Source: an uncultured virus (IMG/VR IMGVR_UViG_3300021135_000008) (Duplodnaviria > Heunggongvirae > Uroviricota > Caudoviricetes). Taken from it: a stretch of 20,000 bases of DNA. This document shows, one piece after another, positions 1 through 7,144 of this stretch. Position 1 is the stretch's first letter. Each line of letters starts with the position of its first letter. The DNA is taken from IMG/VR virus record IMGVR_UViG_3300021135_000008. One strand, given 5' to 3'. A model generated the notes under the pieces. That model saw nothing but the letters and a program-made list of their open reading frames with translations. It had not been told where the DNA came from and ran no database searches. The translations under genes and the position numbers were made by a program.

Positions 1-223
1 AGTCCTCGCTCAGCTTCTTCTCTGATTTACCGAAAACGTCACCGTTCTCTAAATCACTACCAAATTCGTCGATGAAGTCTGTGCACTCCTTGACGATCAG
101 CTCAGCGAACTCACGCGCCCAGATCTCACTGGGCATTCTAATTTCTAATTTCTCACCGGTGAAATTCTTTGCCGCGGCATTAATTGCAGCCTGCTCAGCC
201 AACTCCCTGATCTTTAAGTTCAT
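1..223 (-). CDS. Phage hypothetical protein, runs off the window edge
   Basis: Hand translation MNLKIRELAEQA...EFAELIVKEC..., a pattern common in small phage proteins; ATG directly follows the stop of the upstream ORF. Confidence 0.75.
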   Translation of the reverse strand, partial: MNLKIRELAEQAAINAAAKNFTGEKLEIRMPSEIWAREFAELIVKECTDFIDEFGSDLENGDVFGKSEKKLSED

Positions 224-224
224 A

Positions 225-800
225 TCACATCACTCCCAGTTCGCGGAGGTCGAGACGCTCATCCTGCTCCTCGATGGCGTCGAAGGAGGGGAGGACGTCC
301 TGCTCGTCGCCCTTGAGCCGAGCCGAGACCTTCTTCATGAGCTCGAGGTTGCGGGCGCGGATGGCCTGCTTCTCCGAGAAGTTCTTGCCGACCACCTTGA
401 GGATCGACGTCATCTTGACCGTCTTGGGAGCGGCGGCCTTGGGAGCCTTCTCCTTAGGGGCCTTAGCGGCCTTAGCCTTGAAGGGAGTCACCGCGCCGAC
501 CTCGTGGGCCAGACGGATGAACGAGGCGACGACCTCAGACGAGCCCGAGACGCCCATTGCAGGGATCGCGATGACCGTCCAGCCCTTGTTGCGGGAGACG
601 ATCGTCCAGTCCGTCAGGGCGTCCGTGATGGCTGCCAGTGGGGCGCCGGCGATGACCTTGAACGTACCGGAGTTGCAGTTGAACTCGACCTTGACCGAGC
701 CGACCTTGACGAAGTAGATGGAGTCCGACTGCTTGACGGGGGTGAGGCCGGCAGCGATGACCTGATCCGCGAAGAGGGAGTAGGGGGTGGAGAGCTTCAT
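225..800 (-). CDS. Early hypothetical protein with Lys/Ala/Pro-rich segment
   Basis: ORF 225-893; start MKLSTP at 800 chosen because it follows the promoter at 829-857 and SD AAGGA. Confidence 0.8.
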   Translation of the reverse strand: MKLSTPYSLFADQVIAAGLTPVKQSDSIYFVKVGSVKVEFNCNSGTFKVIAGAPLAAITDALTDWTIVSRNKGWTVIAIPAMGVSGSSEVVASFIRLAHEVGAVTPFKAKAAKAPKEKAPKAAAPKTVKMTSILKVVGKNFSEKQAIRARNLELMKKVSARLKGDEQDVLPSFDAIEEQDERLDLRELGVM

Positions 801-828
801 GGGGTAGTCCTTTCCTTGATTATGATTT

Positions 829-857
829 AATATACCATGGATCTGGTTATTTGTCAA
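829..857 (-). promoter_or_regulatory. sigma70-type early promoter P1
   Basis: TTGACA-17-TATATT with extended -10 TG. Confidence 0.85.
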
Positions 858-889
858 CCCATTCTGGGCATGGGAGGTATACCGAAAAG

Positions 890-1054
890 TCATACCTCGA
901 TCTTCAACCAGTCGACGTGGTAGCGGATGAGGGTGGCGACCATGGGCTCAGTCAGGGGACCACCCTTGAGAAGCCCCTGGACGTAGTACTCGAGGTCGAG
1001 GTTGCGGGAGGCGCAGTAGTCCACCACGAGCTCGGCTAGACGGTCGTAACCCAT
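890..1054 (-). CDS. Small hypothetical protein (54 aa, MGYDRLAELV...)
   Basis: ATG overlaps the upstream stop (TGATG). Confidence 0.7.
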   Translation of the reverse strand: MGYDRLAELVVDYCASRNLDLEYYVQGLLKGGPLTEPMVATLIRYHVDWLKIEV

Positions 1055-1215
1055 CACTTGCCCCTCAGCGAGACGACGATGGAGACGAGCACGCCCGCTA
1101 CGAGGAACTCGATCCAGATGGGGGCCAGCACCCACAGCCACGACCAGTCGACGTACCCTACGAGCTTGAGGGTGATGAACACTATGGCTAGGAGGCTTGT
1201 GAACGTGAGCTTCAT
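1054..1215 (-). CDS. Small membrane protein (53 aa)
   Basis: Hand translation MKLTFTSLLAIVFITLKLVGYVDWSWLWVLAPIWIEFLVAGVLVSIVVSLRGK; the LKL.G..DWSW.WVLAP.W motif is typical of small phage TM proteins; SD AAAGGA. Confidence 0.85.
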   Translation of the reverse strand: MKLTFTSLLAIVFITLKLVGYVDWSWLWVLAPIWIEFLVAGVLVSIVVSLRGK

Positions 1216-1245
1216 GCTGATTCCTTTGTCACTGCTGATAGATCT

Positions 1246-1273
1246 ATTATACCACAGTCTGGGTATTTGTCAA
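1246..1273 (-). promoter_or_regulatory. sigma70-type early promoter P2
   Basis: TTGACA-16-TATAAT. Confidence 0.8.
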
Positions 1274-1434
1274 CCCACGACCGCGTTCCAGCGGTCGTCG
1301 AAGTCGAGGACCATCATGTGGCATGAGCTCGGGGTGGCCCCGCTCGAGCGGTCGTGGTAGATGACCAGACCGTAGTTGTACTCAGGCCCGTACCACGGGG
1401 TGAAGGGGATGAAGGAGGTGCGGTAGCGGTTCAT
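1270..1434 (-). CDS. Small hypothetical protein (MNRYRTSF...)
   Basis: Follows P3 and SD AAAGGA; stop lies inside the -35 box of P2. Confidence 0.7.
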   Translation of the reverse strand: MNRYRTSFIPFTPWYGPEYNYGLVIYHDRSSGATPSSCHMMVLDFDDRWNAVVG

Positions 1435-1460
1435 AGGGAGTCCTTTTCTGATCATGATTT

Positions 1461-1489
1461 AATATACCATGGGATCGAATTATTGTCAA
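1461..1489 (-). promoter_or_regulatory. sigma70-type early promoter P3
   Basis: TTGACA-17-TATATT; nearly identical to P13. Confidence 0.85.
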
Positions 1490-1737
1490 TGGGCTGTCTC
1501 GTCCATCAAGACCGTCAGGAAGAGGTACGCCCCCTTCTGCTTGAACTTGAGGGACTCCATACCCGCGAAGTTCGTGACGGCCACGAGCTCGAAGGGGTTG
1601 CCGTTGGTCCCGAGACCGTCGACCTCGACCAAGTCGGGCTGAAAGTCAGGGTTCCAGTTGAGCTCGGAGGCGAGGGCCGCGAACTGAGCGTAGCCCGTGG
1701 TCCGGACCGCGGTCATAGGGATGGCTGTCTTGATCAT
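1486..1737 (-). CDS. Hypothetical protein (MIKTAIPMTAV...)
   Basis: Follows P4 and SD AAAGGA; stop lies inside the -35 box of P3. Confidence 0.8.
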   Translation of the reverse strand: MIKTAIPMTAVRTTGYAQFAALASELNWNPDFQPDLVEVDGLGTNGNPFELVAVTNFAGMESLKFKQKGAYLFLTVLMDETAH

Positions 1738-1767
1738 CTGTTTTTCCTTTGTCTTTATCATAAGAAT

Positions 1768-1796
1768 AATATACCACGCCCACCATTAAATGTCAA
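1768..1796 (-). promoter_or_regulatory. sigma70-type early promoter P4 (left member of divergent pair)
   Basis: TTGACA-17-TATATT. Confidence 0.85.
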
Positions 1797-1805
1797 CCCC
1801 CTAAC

Positions 1806-1837
1806 GGTATACCTCCTATGACAAAAAGTCATGGCTC
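1806..1837. promoter_or_regulatory. Operator-like element ATGAC-N5-GTCAT plus half site, between divergent promoters
   Basis: Same element at 867-898, 2599-2630 and 4195-4226 at a fixed distance from -35 boxes. Confidence 0.65.
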
Positions 1838-1842
1838 AGGGG

Positions 1843-1871
1843 TTGACAAATATCCCATCCCATGGTATATT
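1843..1871 (+). promoter_or_regulatory. sigma70-type early promoter P5
   Basis: TTGACA-17-TATATT. Confidence 0.85.
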
Positions 1872-1897
1872 AAATCATGATCAGAAAGGAACCTCAA

Positions 1898-2098
1898 ATG
1901 TCTCAGACCGCCATGTCCGCCATCTACTCCGACCCCACCCTCCTCGTCTCCTACCGGATCGGGGTCATCGACACCCGCCTGACCGCCCTCGACACGTACT
2001 CCCGTCCCACCGAGGCCCAGATCACCGAGATCAACTGCCTCGACGACGAGCTCACCACCCTCTTCCTCCTCCGCGACCTCCTCACGAAAGGTAAGTGA
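1898..2098 (+). CDS. Hypothetical protein (MSQTAMSAIY...)
   Basis: ORF after P5 with SD AAAGGA; C-ending codon bias like neighbouring genes. Confidence 0.8.
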   Translation: MSQTAMSAIYSDPTLLVSYRIGVIDTRLTALDTYSRPTEAQITEINCLDDELTTLFLLRDLLTKGK

Positions 2099-2101
2099 CC
2101 A

Positions 2102-2230
2102 ATGGTTAAGATCTTCATCGCCGTCAGCATCCTCGCCTCCGTCTACCTCGTCATGCAGGACGACGTCGCCATGTCCCAGTGCGAGGTCAGCCACTCCCAT
2201 GGAACGTGCCTCTACTCGCTCTCGCGATAG
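2102..2230 (+). CDS. Small membrane/secreted peptide (42 aa)
   Basis: Hand translation MVKIFIAVSILASVYLVMQDDVAMSQCEVSHSHGTCLYSLSR; hydrophobic N-terminus, two Cys. Confidence 0.65.
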   Translation: MVKIFIAVSILASVYLVMQDDVAMSQCEVSHSHGTCLYSLSR

Positions 2231-2290
2231 AACGCAGGGTTCTACACGGGCTAGCCATGGTACCCTACCCAAAGCACTGCAATGCAGGGT

Positions 2291-2404
2291 TTCTGGACTT
2301 GCCTCAAAAATGGCCTAAAAACTGCCCTCGAAACCCTGCTTTCAGGGCGACAAGTGGGCTTTTCAGGGCTGTTTTCTGACGATTTTTGAGGCCTCTCTCC
2401 AGAA
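2291..2404. repeat. Long imperfect inverted repeat with phased A/T tracts
   Basis: TTCTGGA/TCCAGAA, GCCTCAAAAAT/ATTTTTGAGGC, AAAACTGCCCT/AGGGCTGTTTT. Confidence 0.75.
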
Positions 2405-2427
2405 CACATTCTATCGCGTGGGTGGGG

Positions 2428-2669
2428 TTGACATTTAATCGTTTCTGTGATACTATAATCTTAATCCAAAGAAGGAAAGACGAGGATAAGAACGCTGGAC
2501 CTGCGCGCTTCACGAACTGGCACCATCCACCGCACCGGCTCTGGCCCCATTGACAAATATTCTTTCTTATGATATAATGGTTCTGATGCGCGCTTCCGGA
2601 GCCATGACAAAAAGTCATACCACCTATGCCCAAAAGGTGGTTTACATTTAATGAGAACCGTGATAGATT
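2428..2669 (+). promoter_or_regulatory. Three tandem sigma70 promoters P6, P7, P8
   Basis: TTGACA(2428)-17-TACTAT; TTGACA(2550)-17-TATAAT; TTTACA(2641)-17-TAGATT. Confidence 0.8.
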
Positions 2670-2696
2670 TAATCATAATCAAGGAAAAGATTACCC

Positions 2697-2915
2697 ATGA
2701 AGCTCGACTTTACTCTCTCCGTCTCCATCCCCGTCCACGTGAGTACTCTGACTATTCACAACGACGCCAAGTATAACTTCGACGACTACTATGAGGAGCA
2801 CCTAAGGGAAACCCTCGAAGACATGGTCAAAGCTTTCCTCACAGAGAAGATGCACAGTATTGTCGTAGAAGCCTCCAAAGAGGTCGAGGAAAATATGTCT
2901 GAGATGATGGGTTGA
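2697..2915 (+). CDS. Acidic hypothetical protein (72 aa)
   Basis: ORF track; SD AAGGA; stop lies inside the -35 box of P9. Confidence 0.8.
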   Translation: MKLDFTLSVSIPVHVSTLTIHNDAKYNFDDYYEEHLRETLEDMVKAFLTEKMHSIVVEASKEVEENMSEMMG

Positions 2916-2939
2916 CATTTATTCCAATCCGTGTATAAT
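2912..2939 (+). promoter_or_regulatory. sigma70-type early promoter P9
   Basis: TTGACA-16-TATAAT. Confidence 0.8.
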
Positions 2940-2969
2940 AGCTATATCGAACAAACAAAGGACACACAC

Positions 2970-3311
2970 ATGGCCAATCGTACACCTGCATACCGCTTCA
3001 CCGCGGCCACTGACGAAGACGCCCGCATCGCCGAGCTTCGAGTCAAGGCCCGTCTCATGGGTCTCGAGCAGAAGGCCACTGAGATAGTCGCCGAGTCGAA
3101 GGGTAAGCCCAAGATGTACACCAAGCGGTTCCGTGTAGTAGTGCGGGCTCGTCTCGGCAAGGACTCTCCCTATGCCTCGCTCTACCGTCGTGGTGGTCAG
3201 TACTACCGCTGGTCTTCTCAGTGTATTCGCGCGGAGCACGGCTCTCGGTTCGACGTATACTTGCAGGAAGTCTTGGCCCCTACCAAGTACTCGAAGTACT
3301 ACCGCCGCTGA
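2970..3311 (+). CDS. Basic phage early hypothetical protein
   Basis: Start MANRTPAY after SD AAAGGA; Arg/Tyr-rich, RVVVRARLGK...FDVY segment. Confidence 0.8.
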   Translation: MANRTPAYRFTAATDEDARIAELRVKARLMGLEQKATEIVAESKGKPKMYTKRFRVVVRARLGKDSPYASLYRRGGQYYRWSSQCIRAEHGSRFDVYLQEVLAPTKYSKYYRR

Positions 3312-3314
3312 TCT

Positions 3315-4058
3315 GGTCGGACTCTAGGTAACGCTAGTCAGCTCAGGCTGCTGGCCGCTATATAGGTGTGCTCTCTGGCGGCCAATTTGGCTCTGGGCTG
3401 CCGCAGGCATAGTCATACTAGTATTACAAACTTTGGCCTTTTTTAATAAATAGGTCGGAGAATAGGCCCAACTGTAGGTCTCTATACTGGTCTAATGGCT
3501 GGTATTGATGCTGGTCTATACTCTGATCGTTTAATCCTTTACTATCGAATGGAAGACTATATGCGTAAGAGGGAAGATAAGCCTAGGAAGCATCGAAAGC
3601 ACGACGAGGCTACTACTTTCTATACTAATAAGAGAGGTATGGAGAATAGGATCGTATCCTTTAGAATGAACGAGATCTTGTACGAGAGGCTGTATGACTA
3701 TGCGGTGTCTATTGGTAAGGATCCTTCTGCTTGTATTCGTGAAGCTGTCGGTGTATATCTTCGGGAAAGGTACAGTGCAGGTCGTGAGCCGGGTAGTGTT
3801 CCGGGTCGATTGTCAGCTCCGCCGGTAGGTCATACTCGTAGGTCGGAAGACCTGATGGGTTGGACTGCAGTCAGTAGGAAGCTCTTAGATGAGTAGTCTA
3901 CTGGTAGTGAGTCACCTGATGCTGGTCTTCTACTTGGTCACTACTCTGGTCAGGGGCTAGGTCATGGTACAGGTGCTTGAGTGTATGCTGGTCTTCTTGC
4001 TGGTCGTGGTATTGGTCATAGGGTAGGTCGAGATGAAGAAGAAGAGATTGGTCAGGTC
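3315..4058 (+). repeat. Degenerate GGTC motif arrays with 12-bp period
   Basis: GGTC or a 1-mismatch variant at 3453,3465,3477,3489,3501,3513,3525; 3780,3792,3804,3816,3828; 3924,3936,3948,3960,3972; 3990,4002,4014,4026,4050. Confidence 0.7.
3561..3896 (+). CDS. Ribbon-helix-helix (CopG/Arc-like) DNA-binding protein
   Basis: RIVSFRMNEILYERLYDYAVSIGKDPSACIREAVGVYL fits the RHH strand-helix-G-x-S-helix pattern; start uncertain (3495/3549/3561). Confidence 0.7.
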   Translation: MRKREDKPRKHRKHDEATTFYTNKRGMENRIVSFRMNEILYERLYDYAVSIGKDPSACIREAVGVYLRERYSAGREPGSVPGRLSAPPVGHTRRSEDLMGWTAVSRKLLDE

Positions 4059-4203
4059 TAGGGATACGTTCACGGAGGCTCAGGGTCATGCCTACCTTGC
4101 GATGCTCATCCGTAAGTATAACGTCAAGCCGCTGACACTACCTACCTACATGGGGAAGCCCAGCCCTGTCGGGTACTGGGTGTTTACGTTCGAGGAGCCA
4201 TGA
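4033..4203 (+). CDS. Small basic hypothetical protein (56 aa)
   Basis: Hand translation MKKKRLVRSRDTFTEAQGHAYLAMLIRKYNVKPLTLPTYMGKPSPVGYWVFTFEEP. Confidence 0.55.
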   Translation: MKKKRLVRSRDTFTEAQGHAYLAMLIRKYNVKPLTLPTYMGKPSPVGYWVFTFEEP

Positions 4204-4235
4204 CTTCTCGTCATGGCAGGTATGCCTAGAATGAG

Positions 4236-4264
4236 TTGACAAAAAATCGTTCTCATGATAATAT
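4236..4264 (+). promoter_or_regulatory. sigma70-type early promoter P10
   Basis: TTGACA-17-TAATAT. Confidence 0.8.
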
Positions 4265-4293
4265 AATATCATAATCAAGGAAGGGCTACCGAC

Positions 4294-4488
4294 ATGACCT
4301 ACTACATCCTCACGTTCCACAAGATCGGCACCGACCGGTCGTTCGGCCGCATGATCGGTAAGCCGATGGTGTTCGACTCATGGGCTGGTGCCCACGACTA
4401 CGGCCGTCACCACGTCGACTATACCCGCACGAACTTTCGCATCACCGAGACGGTGCTCTTCTCGTCGCCAAGGACGGTTGACATTTAA
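4294..4488 (+). CDS. Hypothetical protein (64 aa)
   Basis: ORF track; follows P10 and SD. Confidence 0.8.
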   Translation: MTYYILTFHKIGTDRSFGRMIGKPMVFDSWAGAHDYGRHHVDYTRTNFRITETVLFSSPRTVDI

Positions 4489-4506
4489 TCCTACCTGTGA
4501 TAATAT
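4478..4506 (+). promoter_or_regulatory. sigma70-type early promoter P11
   Basis: TTGACA-17-TAATAT. Confidence 0.8.
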
Positions 4507-4536
4507 ATTCTTATGATGACAACTAGGAAAAACACC

Positions 4537-4851
4537 ATGACCGACTTCAATACCGTTCTCTCCTTCGTCACCCTCGACGCCACCCATGACCAGATCCAGA
4601 CACTCGTGGAGGCGATGAAGTTCCGCCGCGAGTGTCTCGCTAAGCTTGCAAAGTACTCCTTCAAGGCCGGCATGACCGTCGTCTTTACTCACAAGGGCGT
4701 CACCTACAACGGTACCCTTAAGTCTGTCAAGGTAAAGAAGGCCGTGGTCGAGTGTCTCATGCCCAACACTCGAGCATACAACTCCAAGATGCAGCCGGTC
4801 CCTGCGACTGTACTGTACAACGTTCCCCTCAACATGCTGAAGGCTGCCTGA
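4537..4851 (+). CDS. Phage hypothetical protein (possible SH3/KOW-like beta domain)
   Basis: Start MTDFNTV after SD AGGA; FKAGMTVVF...YNGTLKSVKVKKAVVE...YNVPLNML. Confidence 0.8.
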   Translation: MTDFNTVLSFVTLDATHDQIQTLVEAMKFRRECLAKLAKYSFKAGMTVVFTHKGVTYNGTLKSVKVKKAVVECLMPNTRAYNSKMQPVPATVLYNVPLNMLKAA

Positions 4852-4853
4852 TC

Positions 4854-5270
4854 ATGTCAACACGCTCGATGATTGCTTTCGACAACGGCTCGAACATCAC
4901 CGCCATCTACTGCCACTTCGATGGATACATCGAGGGCGTAGGCATGACGCTCCTCCGCCACTGGAACACACTCGAGAAGGTCGAGTCCCTGATGGAGCTC
5001 GGCGACCTCTCCGTCCTAGGTTCCGAGATAGGTCAGAAGCAGGACTTCAACCTGCCGACCGACAAGACTTGGTGTCTGGCCTACGGTCGCGACCGAGGTG
5101 AGTCCAACGTCGGCTCTCGAGACTTCCACTCCCTCCACTATGCCGAGGGTAACTACGGGGACGTCGACTACCTCTACGTGTTCGACGGTACTTACTGGTC
5201 GTTCAAGCGCAGGGGAGCCAAGGAGTACACCGACCTCGGTCAGTACGCTCTCGAGGAACTATTCGGTTGA
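4854..5270 (+). CDS. Conserved phage hypothetical protein (MSTRS...IYCHxDGY family)
   Basis: MSTRSMI...IYCHFDGYIEGVGMTL...LGDLSVLG...DYLYVF motif pattern. Confidence 0.85.
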   Translation: MSTRSMIAFDNGSNITAIYCHFDGYIEGVGMTLLRHWNTLEKVESLMELGDLSVLGSEIGQKQDFNLPTDKTWCLAYGRDRGESNVGSRDFHSLHYAEGNYGDVDYLYVFDGTYWSFKRRGAKEYTDLGQYALEELFG

Positions 5271-5295
5271 CATTTAATTCGAACTGTGGTACTAT
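5267..5295 (+). promoter_or_regulatory. sigma70-type early promoter P12
   Basis: TTGACA-17-TACTAT. Confidence 0.8.
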
Positions 5296-5322
5296 CTTCT
5301 TATGATGATGAAAGGACAACAG

Positions 5323-5544
5323 ATGAGCAGATACTCAGACCTCACGGTGGACCAGATCCGCTACTCCCTCTCCTTCATGGAGAAGTCCTACGGGATAGCC
5401 ATGGAGGCCGAGGCCTATGGGTTGGCCAACGCCCTCATGGACAAAGTCGAGGGCCTCCGTGAGGCTCTGGTGAGCCGCATCCGTGCCGTGGATCCCTACA
5501 CGTCCGAGGCCGACATCCGCTTCTTCGAGGGATTGGCCTATTGA
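5323..5544 (+). CDS. Hypothetical protein (MSRYSDLT...)
   Basis: SD AAAGGA; stop lies inside the -35 box of P13. Confidence 0.8.
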   Translation: MSRYSDLTVDQIRYSLSFMEKSYGIAMEAEAYGLANALMDKVEGLREALVSRIRAVDPYTSEADIRFFEGLAY

Positions 5545-5569
5545 CAATAATTCGATCCCATGGTATATT
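5541..5569 (+). promoter_or_regulatory. sigma70-type early promoter P13
   Basis: TTGACA-17-TATATT. Confidence 0.85.
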
Positions 5570-5597
5570 TAATCATGATCAGGAAAGGGATAACGCA

Positions 5598-5804
5598 ATG
5601 ACAGTCAATGAAGCAGTGGACGTCGCCGAGCGTCTCGAGTCTCTCGTCCGCCGCTCACGTACGTACTTCTACGATGTGGACGACCTCCGCTATGAGATCC
5701 GCAAGATCGCGAGCGAGTACCGCAAGATCGCTGACGAGCTTGACCTCGAGATGTCGACGTTCGCCGAGGAACAGTACCTCGATAAGATGGTGGCCGCCGC
5801 ATAA
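5598..5804 (+). CDS. Hypothetical helical protein (MTVNEAVDV...)
   Basis: ORF after P13 with SD. Confidence 0.8.
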   Translation: MTVNEAVDVAERLESLVRRSRTYFYDVDDLRYEIRKIASEYRKIADELDLEMSTFAEEQYLDKMVAAA

Positions 5805-5809
5805 AGGGG

Positions 5810-5838
5810 TTGACAATAATTCGTTCTTATGATAAGAT
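5810..5838 (+). promoter_or_regulatory. sigma70-type early promoter P14
   Basis: TTGACA-17-TAAGAT. Confidence 0.8.
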
Positions 5839-5867
5839 CTTAATATAGTCAATCAGGAGTCTATCTC

Positions 5868-6701
5868 ATGCCACGTGGTGTCTACGCTCGCAAGTCCCAG
5901 TCCAAGTCGGTTCCGTCCTTCACCAACGTCGTCAAGTTCGAGTCTGACGAACAGATCTCAAAGCGTATCGGTGAGCGGTTCGAGGTTCTGTCGACCTTCA
6001 CCGAGGCCTGTGCCATGGGCTCCTGCCGCTCCATGATCGTCTCGGGTCCGGCCGGCCTCGGCAAGTCCCACACGGTCGAGCAGGTCCTCAACGAGATCGA
6101 CCCTACTGGCGAGCGCTACACCTTCGTCAAGGGCTTCGTCCGCGCCACCGGCCTCTACAAGCTCCTGTACCAGCACTCCAACGAGGGTCAAGTGTTGGTG
6201 CTCGACGACGCCGACTCGGTGTTCTTCGACGACATCAGCCTCAACCTGCTCAAGGCGGTATGCGACACCACCGGTGTCCGCCGTGTCGGCTGGCGCGCTG
6301 AGGGTTCCCTGATCGACGAGGATACCGGTGAGCGCATGCCTCGGTCGTTCGCTTTCAACGGCACCGTGGTGTTCATCACCAACCTCGACTTCGATGCCCT
6401 GATCGACAAGGGCCACAAGCTGGCCCCTCACCTTCAGGCCCTCGTGTCTCGGTCGCACTACATCGACTTGGCCATGAAGACCAAGCGTGACTATCTGGTC
6501 CGCATCAAGCAGGTCATCGATGCAGGTCTCCTGTCAGGTCTCGACGCTGGTCAGCGGTCCGACGTCGTGTCCTTCATCGAGGAAGAGCAGGACCGCCTCC
6601 GCGAGCTCTCGCTCCGGATGGTCATCAAGATCGCCGACGTCCGTAAGATGGGCGCCGCCAACTTCCGCAAGGTGGCCCGAGTCACCTGCTGCAAGAACTG
6701 A
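5868..6701 (+). CDS. Phage AAA-type P-loop ATPase
   Basis: Walker A GPAGLGKS, Walker B VLVLDD, sensor-like VFITN; SD AGGAG. Confidence 0.9.
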   Translation: MPRGVYARKSQSKSVPSFTNVVKFESDEQISKRIGERFEVLSTFTEACAMGSCRSMIVSGPAGLGKSHTVEQVLNEIDPTGERYTFVKGFVRATGLYKLLYQHSNEGQVLVLDDADSVFFDDISLNLLKAVCDTTGVRRVGWRAEGSLIDEDTGERMPRSFAFNGTVVFITNLDFDALIDKGHKLAPHLQALVSRSHYIDLAMKTKRDYLVRIKQVIDAGLLSGLDAGQRSDVVSFIEEEQDRLRELSLRMVIKIADVRKMGAANFRKVARVTCCKN

Positions 6702-6712
6702 GGAGAGAGAAG

Positions 6713-6955
6713 ATGAGTGAAGAGTACAAAGACGGGTACCGCGACGGGTTCAAGGACGGGTATCTCGAGGGCTTGGGTATAAAGCCACAGCTCCCTCCAG
6801 TTCCCTTCCCGAGCATCCCTGCCTATCCGACCAGCCCTGAGATGCAGGCCTGCTGTCGGGTATGCGGCAAGTCGTTCACTGACTCGATGGGTCGTACTAT
6901 TGCTTTAAGCATGGTGTGTAACCACTCACGGTGTCCTAGCGCCGTCACCTGCTGA
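6713..6955 (+). CDS. Hypothetical protein with GYxDG repeats and a Cys-rich (possibly Zn-binding) C-terminus
   Basis: YKDGYRDGFKDGY; CRVC...CNHSRC; SD GAGGAG. Confidence 0.75.
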   Translation: MSEEYKDGYRDGFKDGYLEGLGIKPQLPPVPFPSIPAYPTSPEMQACCRVCGKSFTDSMGRTIALSMVCNHSRCPSAVTC

Positions 6956-6956
6956 G

Positions 6957-6964
6957 TATAAATA
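6957..6964 (+). promoter_or_regulatory. T4-type late promoter
   Basis: Exact TATAAATA. Confidence 0.8.
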
Positions 6965-6969
6965 AAATT

Positions 6970-7125
6970 ATGTCGGACCTAAAGAGCCGACTAGCTAGAC
7001 TGCTGCACTCCCTAGCGGCTGTCTGGGACCTGGGCCCGCCCAGCTTGTCGGGGAGTGCTGTGCGGCTGCGTGGGGGTCGTGCTTAAGACAACGGGAGTCT
7101 CCAGAGACGAGCGTAGCCCACGCCA
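6970..7125 (+). ncRNA. Structured late transcript (ncRNA and/or 38-aa leaderless ORF 6970-7086)
   Basis: Stems GTCGG/CCGAC, GCACTCCC/GGGAGTGC, GCGTGGG/CCCACGC ending in CCA. Confidence 0.45.
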
Positions 7126-7144
7126 AATTAGATAGGTGGTGAAG

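Noticed and set aside
72..830. 252-aa plus-strand ORF and other long antisense ORFs in the track (e.g. 5958-6458, 16553-16909, 17780-18172)
   Set aside because: Shadows of real genes caused by codon bias; no RBS or promoter support.
3898..4089. Minus-strand DQxx-repeat ORF
   Set aside because: No RBS or promoter, opposite to local transcription, and the same DNA periodicity occurs outside the ORF; kept only as an alternative explanation.
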